Origin: a virus
Taxonomy: Duplodnaviria; Caudoviricetes
DNA: 43,343 bases
Strand: one strand, 5' to 3'
Virus record (IMG/VR): IMGVR_UViG_3300032219_002666
Location: 1 to 43,343 of that record
Shown: in pieces, positions 1 through 9,639 of the stretch
Position numbering within the stretch: the stretch's first letter is position 1
How the letters are laid out: every line of letters begins with the position of its first letter
The notes under the pieces: generated by a model
The model's database searches: none
What the model saw: only the letters and a program-made list of their open reading frames with translations
Told to the model about the DNA's origin: nothing
Made by a program: the position numbers and the translations under genes

Positions 1-600
1 AAATATGCTTTACAAAATAATACAACCGGTACTTCTAACGCAGCAATTGGCATTAGAGCTTTATTAAGTAATACAACCGGACAAGGCAATACAGCAATAG
101 GTGGTAATACTCTACAGGTTAATACAACAGGACTCTTTAATACAGCAATAGGTATTCAGGCTTTAAGTTGCAATATAACCGGAAGTTCTAATACAGCAAT
201 AGGTTTTAGTGCTTTAGGTTTTAATACAACCGGAAGCCATAATACAGCAATAGGTTATGGAGCTTTATTAAGTAATACAACCGGAAATTCTAACATAGCA
301 ATTGGTTATAGATCTTTATTAAGTAATACAACCGGAAACAACAACACCGTACTAGGTAATAGTGGTTTAGTTTCTAATACAACTGGAAAATACAATACAG
401 CAATAGGTTCAGTTGCTTTATTTTTTAATACAACCGGGGAATCCAATGCAGCCATAGGTTTAAATTCTTTAATTAATAATACAACCGGAAATAATAATAC
501 AGCAATAGGTCAAGGTGCTTTATTAAGTAATACAACCGGAAATTATAATACAGCAATAGGTAGATATGCTTTAACTTATAATTCAACCGGAAGTTCCAAT
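1..600 (+). repeat. In-frame 51-nt (17-codon) tandem repeat block 1 of fibre 1
   Basis: Recurring aatacaaccgga / aatacagcaataggt at about 51-nt spacing, all in the coding frame. Confidence 0.9.
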
Positions 601-3600
601 ATTGTATTCGGATTAGATGCTGCTCGACTTAATAGTTCAAATACCAGTTTAACCAATCTAAGTAGTTCAATTGTAATAGGTACTAACACCAAACCTTTTG
701 CTAGTAATGATATTAATGAAATTATAATTGGTGATAGCGCTATTGGTTTAGGATCTAATACTACAGTAATTGGTAACTCATCTACTACACGCGCGTGTGT
801 TTTTGGACAATTAACTGCGGGTGGATTTACCGGATCATTATTTGGAACCGCAACAACAGCATCCTATGTAACAGGCTCTATATTCACCAGTGCAAATCCT
901 GCTTTATCTTCAAGTTATGCTTTAACAGCATCTTTTATTCAACAAGCAATAAGTACATCTTTTGCCACTAGTGCATCTTATGCTTCAACAGCATCCTTTG
1001 CCCCTGAATATTTACCTTTATCTGGGGGTATTATAAATGGAAATTTAACTGTAAATGGTACTGCCTCAATTACATTTTTAAATGTAACATATGAATCTGC
1101 TTCTATAATATATTCAAGTGGTTCAAACCAATTTGGAGATGCATCTAATGACACCCAAACATTGTGGGGTACAGTAGATATTAAAACAGGACCTGTACTT
1201 GTAACCGGATCTTTAAACGTATCAAATGGAATTACAGGTTCATTACTTGGAACTTCTTCATATGCTACAAGTGCTTCTTCAGCAATTTCATCTTCATACG
1301 CTTTAACTGCTTCTTATTTAGAAGGATATATTTCACCATTCCCATACACAGGCTCAGCTCAAATAACTGGCTCATTGGGTGTAACGGGATCAATCAATAA
1401 TTTATTTATTGGTTTAGGAACGGGTAGCATTGCAACAAATATTTCAATTGGTGCTACTATTGCATTTAGTAGTTCTGCTACTGGTACCAATAATGTGGCA
1501 ATTGGTTCGGGTTCTTTATCTAGACTTACAACCGGTGCTAATAACACATCAATTGGATCTGCTTCTTTATTTAGCAACACAACAGGAAATGCTAATACAG
1601 CAATTGGTGTATTTGCTTTACGAGCTAATACTACTGGTACTTCCAATATAGCAATTGGATCAGGTTCATTATGTAATAATACAACTGGTATACAAAATAT
1701 AGCACTCGGACAAAACGCTTCCCGAGCTAACACCTCAGGCCGTTATAATGTAGCACTTGGACGAGAGGCATTATGTACTAACACAACAGGTTGTAATAAT
1801 ACAGCAATTGGTTCATTGGCTTTACGAGGCAATACGACAGGAGGTGATAACACAGCAATTGGAACTGGTTCTTTATTTAGTAACACAACAGGGTTTCTTA
1901 ATGTAGCAATTGGATATGGTGCTTTACTTAATAATACAATCGGATTTAGTAATTTAGCAATTGGTCAATCTGCTTTATGTTCTAATATATCTGGAAATAA
2001 TAACATTGCATTAGGTCGATGGGCTTTAAGATCTAATACAGTCGGGAATAATATAGCTATCGGATATTATGCTTTGCGTTGTAATACCACCGGTACCTCC
2101 AACGTAGCATTAGGCCCCAGTACTTTACGTTTTAATACAACCGGAAGCTGTAATACAGCAATAGGTTATCGTGCTTTATATTCTAATACAACCGGAAGTA
2201 ATAATATTGCTTTTGGTTATAATGCTGCTCGTCTTGATAGTACAAATGCTAATTTAACCAATCTAAGTAGTTCAATTGTTATTGGTGCCAATACAAAACC
2301 ATTAGCAAGTGGTGATATTAATGAAATTATAATTGGTAATAGCGCTATTGGTTTAGGATCTAATACCACAGTAATTGGTAATTCATCTACTACACAAGCT
2401 TGTATTTTCGGACAATTAACATCAGCTGGATTTACAGGCTCATTATTTGGAACAGCATCTTTTGCAACAAGTGCTTCCTCAGCAATTTCATCTTCATACG
2501 CATTAACCGCTTCTTATTTAGAAGGATACATTTCCCCATTCCCATACACAGGCTCAGCCCAAATAACAGGTTCGTTAGGAGTAACAGGTTCAATTTCAAC
2601 AAGTGGATCAGATGGTACAATTAATAATTTATTTATTAGTACCGGAAATGGTAATGTTTCAACTAACGTTTCAATTGGTGCAACTACTGCATTTAGTAGT
2701 TCTGCTACTGGTGGGTATAATGTATCAATTGGTTCGGGTTCTTTAGTTCGTAATACAACAGGTAATAATAATGTAGCAATTGGACAAAATGCTTTACAAA
2801 ATAACACAATAGGTACGTGTAATGTAGCAATTGGACGAAGTGCTTTACAAACAAATACAACAGGTACATGTAATGTCGCAATCGGACCAAATGCTTTATG
2901 TTCTAATACAACAGGTGTTTTTAATACCGCAATTGGACTTCAAGCTTTACGATCTAATACATCGGGTTTCCACAATACAGCAATAGGTCAAGCTGCTTTA
3001 CGATCTAATACTACCGGTATTTTTAACATATCAATTGGATCAGGCTCATTATGTTCTAATACAACCGGAAACAATAATACAGCAATAGGCCAAAGTTCTT
3101 TATATAACAATACAACCGGATGCCGCAATGTTGCCATAGGATTATATTCATTATGTTCTAATACAACTGGGAGCTACAACGTAGCACTAGGTACTTGCGC
3201 TTTACGTTGTAATACAACCGGAAGATACAATACAGCAATAGGTTTAAGTGCTTTATCTTTTAATACAACAGCATGTAATAATACAGCAATAGGTCCAAAT
3301 GCTTTAAATCAAAATACAACAGGATTTACTAATACCGCAATTGGTCCTAGTGCTTTATTCTCTAATACAACCGGAAACTATAACACAGCAATAGGTTTTG
3401 CTGCTCTAAATTTTAATACAACCGGAAATAACAATACAGCAATAGGTTATTTTTCTTTAGGTAAAAACACAACCGGAACTAACAATACCTCAATAGGTTT
3501 CCAATCCTTATATTGCAATACAACCGGATTTAATAATTTAGCAATTGGTCAATTTGCTTTATGTTCTAATACATCCGGAGGATATAATACAGCAATAGGT

Positions 3601-4401
3601 CCAAATGCTTTACGTTATAATACAACCGGAGCATATAATACAGCAATAGGATGGGATGCTTTATTTTGCAATACAACCGGAAGATCCAACACAGCATTAG
3701 GTTATCGTGCTTTATTTACTAATACAACCGGACAATACAATGCAGCAATAGGTAGATGTTCTTTATATTGCAATACAACCGGACAATACAACACAGCAAT
3801 AGGTTTAAATGCTTTACGTAATAATGTAACCGGAAGTAACAATATTGCATTTGGTCTTAAATCAAATAGTGCAATTTCTAATTCCCAAAACAATATTGTA
3901 ATTGGTACTAATATTGGAGTTGCCGAATCATCAGCTAACCGAATTAACATTGGTGGTTTAATATTTGGATCTGGTTCATTCTCAGATACAGGATCCGCAG
4001 TATTTTCAGGTTCAGCAAATGGATTTGTAGGTATTAATCAACCAAACCCACAATACAATTTAGATGTATCCGGAAGTTTTGGTTTACTCCAATCAGCATT
4101 TATTAATCAAAATACAGCATCTTTAACATCCGGAACCCAAACAATATCTACAAACGCTACAGGATCATTTAATTCAGCATTCTATAATTATGTTTTATCA
4201 TCAGGATCGAATGCAAGAGCAGGTCAAGTGATGACAGTATGGAATAGTTCCTCAATTCGATTTACAGATGTTACTACAACAGATATTGGTTCAACAACTG
4301 CAGTTGCTTTAACAGCATCTTTAAGTGGACCAAACGTTGTTTTATCAAGTACCTTACCATCTTCAGGATGGACAGTTAAAACAGTGGTTAATTTTATATA
4401 A
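1..4401 (+). CDS. Giant repeat-rich tail fibre / YadA-head-like beta-roll adhesin, 5'-truncated by the window edge (at least 1466 aa)
   Basis: Manual translation of frame 1 shows no stop from base 1 (KYALQNNTTGTSNAAIG...) into the listed 1162 ORF, so TTG 1162 is not the true start. Three blocks of 17-aa NTTGxxNTAIGxxALxx repeats with TGS/TAS-rich linkers; lies upstream of neck/tail genes. Confidence 0.8.
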   Translation, partial: KYALQNNTTGTSNAAIGIRALLSNTTGQGNTAIGGNTLQVNTTGLFNTAIGIQALSCNITGSSNTAIGFSALGFNTTGSHNTAIGYGALLSNTTGNSNIAIGYRSLLSNTTGNNNTVLGNSGLVSNTTGKYNTAIGSVALFFNTTGESNAAIGLNSLINNTTGNNNTAIGQGALLSNTTGNYNTAIGRYALTYNSTGSSNIVFGLDAARLNSSNTSLTNLSSSIVIGTNTKPFASNDINEIIIGDSAIGLGSNTTVIGNSSTTRACVFGQLTAGGFTGSLFGTATTASYVTGSIFTSANPALSSSYALTASFIQQAISTSFATSASYASTASFAPEYLPLSGGIINGNLTVNGTASITFLNVTYESASIIYSSGSNQFGDASNDTQTLWGTVDIKTGPVLVTGSLNVSNGITGSLLGTSSYATSASSAISSSYALTASYLEGYISPFPYTGSAQITGSLGVTGSINNLFIGLGTGSIATNISIGATIAFSSSATGTNNVAIGSGSLSRLTTGANNTSIGSASLFSNTTGNANTAIGVFALRANTTGTSNIAIGSGSLCNNTTGIQNIALGQNASRANTSGRYNVALGREALCTNTTGCNNTAIGSLALRGNTTGGDNTAIGTGSLFSNTTGFLNVAIGYGALLNNTIGFSNLAIGQSALCSNISGNNNIALGRWALRSNTVGNNIAIGYYALRCNTTGTSNVALGPSTLRFNTTGSCNTAIGYRALYSNTTGSNNIAFGYNAARLDSTNANLTNLSSSIVIGANTKPLASGDINEIIIGNSAIGLGSNTTVIGNSSTTQACIFGQLTSAGFTGSLFGTASFATSASSAISSSYALTASYLEGYISPFPYTGSAQITGSLGVTGSISTSGSDGTINNLFISTGNGNVSTNVSIGATTAFSSSATGGYNVSIGSGSLVRNTTGNNNVAIGQNALQNNTIGTCNVAIGRSALQTNTTGTCNVAIGPNALCSNTTGVFNTAIGLQALRSNTSGFHNTAIGQAALRSNTTGIFNISIGSGSLCSNTTGNNNTAIGQSSLYNNTTGCRNVAIGLYSLCSNTTGSYNVALGTCALRCNTTGRYNTAIGLSALSFNTTACNNTAIGPNALNQNTTGFTNTAIGPSALFSNTTGNYNTAIGFAALNFNTTGNNNTAIGYFSLGKNTTGTNNTSIGFQSLYCNTTGFNNLAIGQFALCSNTSGGYNTAIGPNALRYNTTGAYNTAIGWDALFCNTTGRSNTALGYRALFTNTTGQYNAAIGRCSLYCNTTGQYNTAIGLNALRNNVTGSNNIAFGLKSNSAISNSQNNIVIGTNIGVAESSANRINIGGLIFGSGSFSDTGSAVFSGSANGFVGINQPNPQYNLDVSGSFGLLQSAFINQNTASLTSGTQTISTNATGSFNSAFYNYVLSSGSNARAGQVMTVWNSSSIRFTDVTTTDIGSTTAVALTASLSGPNVVLSSTLPSSGWTVKTVVNFI
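1480..2220 (+). repeat. 17-codon repeat block 2 of fibre 1 (boundaries approximate)
   Basis: NTTGxxNxAIGxxALxx units in the translation. Confidence 0.85.
2720..3855 (+). repeat. 17-codon repeat block 3 of fibre 1 (boundaries approximate)
   Basis: About 22 consecutive NTTGxxNTAIGxxALxx units (estimated from block length). Confidence 0.85.
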
Positions 4402-4407
4402 ATCATC

Positions 4408-4415
4408 ATATTTAT
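4408..4415 (+). promoter_or_regulatory. ATATTTAT putative late-promoter motif
   Basis: Same 8-mer recurs in intergenic DNA 19-38 nt before the starts of structural genes. Confidence 0.55.
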
Positions 4416-4445
4416 AATAAACATATCTTGGACAGGGAAAAGAAT

Positions 4446-5162
4446 ATGGCAAACATAGGATACATTTATAAAATTACTAGCCCAACTGGTAAAATATACA
4501 TTGGGAAAACATCTAGGTTAAATGATCGCATTTCAAAATATCGTACTTGTAATGGGATTTCTGAACAGAAGATGATTTACAACAGCATTAGAAAATATGG
4601 ATGGGAAAATCATGCATTTGAAGTTGTAACAGAATCCCCAATTGATCAATTATCCCATCTAGAATCATTTTATATAGAAACATTCAATAGTTTCCATTAT
4701 TCTAACCCAAATGGTATGAATCTTACCAAAGGTGGAGAAGGAACCCCTGGTAGAAAAGATTCTATAGAAACTAAAATTAAAAGAGCCAATTCTATTAGAG
4801 GTAGACACCATTCAGAACAAACAAAACAATTGATGAGTGAACTTAAAAAGGGTAAACCATCAAATAATAAAGGAGTACCATGTTCTGATGAAAAAAAGAA
4901 AAAAATTAGCGAAGCAAATAAAGGTAAAACTCCTAGTGAATTAACCAAACAAAATAGAAACAATACACGATTAGTTAATCTTATATCTAATCACGAAGCT
5001 ATTCTACAAATTGATAAAACAACAAACACCATTATAAAAGAATGGAAAGAATTACCAAAAGAAATAGCAAAACATTTTAATATATGTGATACAAATATTA
5101 TAAAATGTTTGAATAAAAAAAAAGAACATACTATAGGATACATTTGGAGGTATAAAAAATGA
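4446..5162 (+). CDS. Free-standing GIY-YIG homing endonuclease with NUMOD3-like repeats and C-terminal NUMOD1-like HTH
   Basis: GYIYKITSPTGKIYIGKT...R...E...N catalytic module; RGRHHSEQTKQLMSE and KGVPCSDEKKKKISEANKGK NUMOD3-type motifs; ends GYIWRY. ATG 4446 preferred over TTG 4428. Confidence 0.9.
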   Translation: MANIGYIYKITSPTGKIYIGKTSRLNDRISKYRTCNGISEQKMIYNSIRKYGWENHAFEVVTESPIDQLSHLESFYIETFNSFHYSNPNGMNLTKGGEGTPGRKDSIETKIKRANSIRGRHHSEQTKQLMSELKKGKPSNNKGVPCSDEKKKKISEANKGKTPSELTKQNRNNTRLVNLISNHEAILQIDKTTNTIIKEWKELPKEIAKHFNICDTNIIKCLNKKKEHTIGYIWRYKK

Positions 5163-8100
5163 ATGAATTCGTAATAAAAAACGGGTTTTTCTCACAGGGA
5201 AACTCAAATATAACAGGCTCACTTACAGTTACTGAAGGTATAACTGGATCTTTTAGTGGATCGGGTACTATAACTAGTTCATCATTTGCCTCAACAGCAT
5301 CCTTTGTTCAACAAGCAGTAAGTGCTTCATATGCTACAAATGGTGGAGTAACTCAATTATTAGCAGGTCCTAATATTACTTTATCTCCAACAAATGGTTT
5401 AGGACAAGTTACTATTACCTCAACAGGTGGAAGTGGTCCTAGCTTTAACACAGCTACTGGATCATATGGTAGTTTTTACGATACTACAACCCAAACAAAC
5501 CCCGTAGCTAATATACCTCGTTCAATGTCTTTCAATTCAACAGACATTACAAATGGAGTATCTATTTCTGGATCAACAAATCCATTTAACACATATATTA
5601 AAACAGAAAATGCTGGGATATATAATATTCAGTTTTCTGCTCAAATAGATAAAACAGATAGTGGAGCAGATGAAATAGTAATATGGTTACGTAAAAACGG
5701 AATTGATTTAACTGACACCGCAACTACATTAACACTAAGCGGCAACAATGACAAACAAGTCGCAGCTTGGAACTGGTTTGTAACATCAGCAGCCGGAGAT
5801 TATTATCAAATTATATGGATATCTGCTGATATTGATTTAAGATTACTAGCAGAACCAATTTCAGGCACACATCCCGGAATACCATCTGTAATAGCAACAG
5901 TAAACCGAGTAGATCAATTTTTATCCAATACAGGATCATTTAGTGGTTCATTTACAGGCTCATTTTTAGGAACGGCTTCATATGCTACTCAAGCATTAAG
6001 TGCATCTTTTGCCTCAACAGCATCTTTTGTCCAACAAGCAGTAAGTGCATCTTTTGCCTCAACAGCATCTTTTGTCCAACAAGCAGTAAGTGCATCTTTT
6101 GCCACTAGTGCATCATTTGCCTCAACAGCATCTTTTGTCCAACAAGCAGTAAGTGCATCTTTTGCCACTAGTGCATCATTTGCCTCAACAGTACCGGCAT
6201 CCGGAGTTATTGGATTAAATTTATCTCAAATAGCCACAGGTAGTGTAACTGCCTCTGTATCTCTATCACAGTTTTCTGTTGTAAGTGGTAGTTCAACTGA
6301 ACTTGTAGTAACAGGAACTGGAGTTACAATAGGTAATGCACTAACCGATACTCATGCAATTACTGGTTCTACTAGTATTACGGGTTCATTAGGAGTAACA
6401 GGATCAATTAATAATTTACTTATTGGACGTGGAAATGGAAACGTTTCAACAAATATTTCAATTGGACCTAATACTGCATTTTCTTCAAGTGCAACTGGTG
6501 GGAATAATGTAGCAATAGGTAGTGGTTCTTTATTTCGTAATACAACTGGAACTAATAACACAGCAATAGGTTGTAATACTTTAAATTCTAATACAACCGG
6601 ACGCGATAATATAGCAATAGGTCGATATGCTTTACGAGCTAATACAACAGGTCGATATAATATAGCTCTTGGAAGAAATTCTTTAAGCTCTAGTATAGGT
6701 GGATTCAATAATATAGCATTAGGTGATGGTACTTTACGTTGTAACACAGATGGGGGTAATAATATAGCAATAGGACAATACACCTTATGTTGTAATACTA
6801 CTGCTTATAATAATATAGCACTTGGTACTTTATCAATGCAATTTGTTACAACTGCATGTCAAAATATAGCAATAGGAGCTTCATCTTTACGTCGAACTGA
6901 AACAAGTAATAACATAGCAATAGGTTATAGGGCTTTATCTTATAATACAACCGGAAGTAATAATATTGCACTAGGTGTTTGTTCTTTAAATAATAATACA
7001 ACCGGAAGCTGTAATACAGCAATAGGTTTTCAATCTTTATATTTTAATTCAACAGGAAGGGATAACACATCAATAGGTTTTTGTTCTTTACGAGCTAATA
7101 CAACTGGATATTGTAATATAGCAATTAATCGTAATGCTTTACTTAAAAATACAACCGGATGTAATAACATAGCAATAGGTACAAGTGCTTTATGTAATAA
7201 CACAATAGGATTTAATAACACAGCAATAGGTAGTAATGCTTTACTCCAAAATATAACAGGAAATTATAACACAGCAATAGGCCCGAATGCTTTATTGGTT
7301 AATGGAAGTGGAAATTATAACACAGCAATAGGTAATAATGCTCTCACTGCTAACTATAACGGATCAAGTAATACAGCAATAGGTTTTAATGCTTTAGTTA
7401 CTAATGTAACAGGAAGTCATAATACAGCAATAGGTTATGCGGCTTTAAGTTGTAATAATTATGGAGCTCATAATATTTCAATAGGTTGTCGATCTTCATT
7501 TCGAAATACAAGAGGAAATAACAACATTGCATTAGGTCGATTTGCTTTATGTTTAAATTCAACTGGAAGTAATAACATAGCATTAGGATATGCAGCTTTA
7601 CGTCTCAGTTGTATAGGACCAAATAGAAACAATATTGTTCTTGGTTATAAAGCAAATGGAGCTATATCTTCAAGCCAAAATAATATTGTAGTTGGTACTA
7701 ATATTGGAGTTGCCGAATCATCAACTAATCGAATCAACATTGGTGCCTTAATCTTTGGATCAGGATCATATGCAGATTCATCATCAGCAGTATTTTCCGG
7801 TTCTTCAAATGGATTTGTAGGTATTAACCAACCAAATCCACAATTTAACCTAGACACATCAGGTTCAGGTCGATTTACAAATGGTTTAACAGTAACCGGT
7901 TCACTTATTGCAAATACTATAACTGGATCACTTTTAGGTACTGCTTCATTTGCTGTATCAGCTTCTTGGGCACCAGGTGGTGGAGGCGGAGCAGCATTCC
8001 CATATACAGGCTCAGCCCAAATTACGGGCTCATTAAGTGTAACTGGCTCCCTTAGTGCTGTAGGTCCTATTCTTTTATCCTCTTCTAATGCTTCCATATG

Positions 8101-9589
8101 TAATATCATATCAGGTCTCAATAACATATCTTTAGGATATAGAGCTTTGCCATCCAACCAAACAGGTTCAAATAATATAGCTCTTGGTACTCGAGCTTTA
8201 TATACTAATACATCTGGATCAAATAATATAGCATTAGGATTAAATACTTTATGTAGTAACCGATCAGGAAGTGGTAATATAGCATTAGGACAATGTGCTT
8301 TATCTGCTAATTCAGGATCAGATAATATTGCTATAGGATCTGGTTCTTTACAAAGCAATAGAAGTGGACTTCGTAACATATCATTAGGTTGTAAAAGTTT
8401 ACTCTCAAATACAACTGGTAACTACAATATAGCAATTGGTAGTTCTACTTTAAGAGATAATACTTCCGCAGCATATAATATTGCTATAGGAAGATACGCT
8501 AATTTTAGTAGTACAACAGGAGGTTCAAATATATCAATAGGTGCTAGAACAAATAGTTGCATGACTACCCAAGGAGGAAGTGTAGCAATTGGACATTTAG
8601 CCGCGAATTATAATTCAACAGGTCTTCAAGTAGCAATTGGATTTTTTGCTCTTAGATGTGCCCAAGGTAATGCTAATGTATCAATAGGTGCTTGTACAGC
8701 CAATCACTGTTTTAATACTGCTTTAAGTGCAAATACTTTTATAGGAACAAATGCTGGTCAAGGTGCAGGTGATCTTGGAGGTTCTTCTGTAAATAGTAAT
8801 GTTGCTATTGGATATAGTGCTGGAAAATCTTTAAGATCTACTTTATATTATATAGCATATCCTGTGTATCAATATTGTAGTAATGGTTCTTGTAATAATA
8901 CTTTTGTAGGAACATACGCTGGAAGAGATTCAAGCGCAACATTATATAATAGTGTAATTAATAACACAGCAATTGGTTTTAGATCTTTATTAAGTAATAC
9001 AATTGGAACTAGTCAAACATCAGTTGGTGCTTATTCTTTACTATGTAATACAACCGGAGTCAATAATACAGCAATAGGTTTCAACACTTTACGTGCTAAT
9101 ACTTCAGGAATTCTTAATACAGCAGTAGGTGATCGTACTTTAATATGTAATACAACTGGAAATTGGAATACAGCAATAGGTCAAAGCGCTTTATATTGTA
9201 ATAGAGTTGGAAATAATAATATAGCAATAGGAAATGCTACTTTAAGATCTGTAACAACTGGAAGTAACAATATTGGTTTAGGTTTTGATGCTTTAAAATA
9301 TCACATATCTGGAAGTAATAATATTGCTTTAGGACAAAAAGCATTTTGTCAAGGTACTTCTTTTAATTTAACAACAGGAAGCCATAACATTGGTTTAGGT
9401 TACAACACTCAATTTACAGGTTCATTCTCAGTAATCTTAGGTAAAGATGCTTGTTCAACAGGTAATTGCCAATTTGTTGTAGGTAGTACAGGAACACCAC
9501 TAGGTACAGTAACAACAGAAACTTGTACTAGTACAAAAACATGGCAAGTTAGAATTAATGGAACTTTACAAAAAATCTTATTAGCTTAG
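5159..9589 (+). CDS. Giant repeat-rich tail fibre/adhesin (1476 aa) with N-proximal C1q/TNF-like beta-sandwich and 17-aa repeats
   Basis: YGSFYDTTTQ...AGIYNIQFSAQ...IWLRKNG...IPSVIATV resembles a C1q/BclA-type domain; repeat blocks at about 6500-7650, 8120-8560 and 8960-9400; shares modules with fibre 1. ATGA overlap with the endonuclease stop. Confidence 0.8.
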   Translation: MNEFVIKNGFFSQGNSNITGSLTVTEGITGSFSGSGTITSSSFASTASFVQQAVSASYATNGGVTQLLAGPNITLSPTNGLGQVTITSTGGSGPSFNTATGSYGSFYDTTTQTNPVANIPRSMSFNSTDITNGVSISGSTNPFNTYIKTENAGIYNIQFSAQIDKTDSGADEIVIWLRKNGIDLTDTATTLTLSGNNDKQVAAWNWFVTSAAGDYYQIIWISADIDLRLLAEPISGTHPGIPSVIATVNRVDQFLSNTGSFSGSFTGSFLGTASYATQALSASFASTASFVQQAVSASFASTASFVQQAVSASFATSASFASTASFVQQAVSASFATSASFASTVPASGVIGLNLSQIATGSVTASVSLSQFSVVSGSSTELVVTGTGVTIGNALTDTHAITGSTSITGSLGVTGSINNLLIGRGNGNVSTNISIGPNTAFSSSATGGNNVAIGSGSLFRNTTGTNNTAIGCNTLNSNTTGRDNIAIGRYALRANTTGRYNIALGRNSLSSSIGGFNNIALGDGTLRCNTDGGNNIAIGQYTLCCNTTAYNNIALGTLSMQFVTTACQNIAIGASSLRRTETSNNIAIGYRALSYNTTGSNNIALGVCSLNNNTTGSCNTAIGFQSLYFNSTGRDNTSIGFCSLRANTTGYCNIAINRNALLKNTTGCNNIAIGTSALCNNTIGFNNTAIGSNALLQNITGNYNTAIGPNALLVNGSGNYNTAIGNNALTANYNGSSNTAIGFNALVTNVTGSHNTAIGYAALSCNNYGAHNISIGCRSSFRNTRGNNNIALGRFALCLNSTGSNNIALGYAALRLSCIGPNRNNIVLGYKANGAISSSQNNIVVGTNIGVAESSTNRINIGALIFGSGSYADSSSAVFSGSSNGFVGINQPNPQFNLDTSGSGRFTNGLTVTGSLIANTITGSLLGTASFAVSASWAPGGGGGAAFPYTGSAQITGSLSVTGSLSAVGPILLSSSNASICNIISGLNNISLGYRALPSNQTGSNNIALGTRALYTNTSGSNNIALGLNTLCSNRSGSGNIALGQCALSANSGSDNIAIGSGSLQSNRSGLRNISLGCKSLLSNTTGNYNIAIGSSTLRDNTSAAYNIAIGRYANFSSTTGGSNISIGARTNSCMTTQGGSVAIGHLAANYNSTGLQVAIGFFALRCAQGNANVSIGACTANHCFNTALSANTFIGTNAGQGAGDLGGSSVNSNVAIGYSAGKSLRSTLYYIAYPVYQYCSNGSCNNTFVGTYAGRDSSATLYNSVINNTAIGFRSLLSNTIGTSQTSVGAYSLLCNTTGVNNTAIGFNTLRANTSGILNTAVGDRTLICNTTGNWNTAIGQSALYCNRVGNNNIAIGNATLRSVTTGSNNIGLGFDALKYHISGSNNIALGQKAFCQGTSFNLTTGSHNIGLGYNTQFTGSFSVILGKDACSTGNCQFVVGSTGTPLGTVTTETCTSTKTWQVRINGTLQKILLA
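5999..6191 (+). repeat. Near-perfect in-frame tandem repeat (45, 45, 63 nt plus partial) encoding SASFASTASFVQQAV
   Basis: agtgcatcttttgcctcaacagcatcttttgtccaacaagcagta repeated essentially identically. Confidence 0.9.
6500..7650 (+). repeat. Main 17-codon repeat block of fibre 2 (boundaries approximate)
   Basis: NTTGxxNxAIGxxxLxx units. Confidence 0.85.
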
Positions 9590-9590
9590 T

Positions 9591-9621
9591 TTGGATAATT
9601 AAAATAAAATACATATATTAA
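9591..9621 (+). promoter_or_regulatory. TTGG-N19-TATATTAA putative early/host-sigma promoter
   Basis: Exactly 19-nt spacer, shared with six other intergenic sites; resembles Bacteroidota -33 TTTG / -7 TAnnTTTG. Confidence 0.6.
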
Positions 9622-9639
9622 TAATATAAATAAAAATCT

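Noticed and set aside
1162-1164. TTG start of fibre 1 given by the ORF track
   Set aside because: The frame is open from base 1; the real start lies outside the window.
4402-5162. Group I intron hosting the GIY-YIG gene and joining the two fibre ORFs
   Set aside because: Only 44 nt of non-coding flank upstream and none downstream, so no room for a ribozyme core; fibre 1 has a normal stop.
1-9589. CRISPR array suggested by periodic aatacagcaataggt repeats
   Set aside because: The period is 17 codons inside open reading frames, repeats are degenerate at synonymous sites, and no cas genes are present.
1-9589. Diversity-generating retroelement acting on the fibres
   Set aside because: No reverse transcriptase in the window, no non-coding template repeat, and the A-rich AAT/ACA codons are the conserved ones rather than the variable ones.
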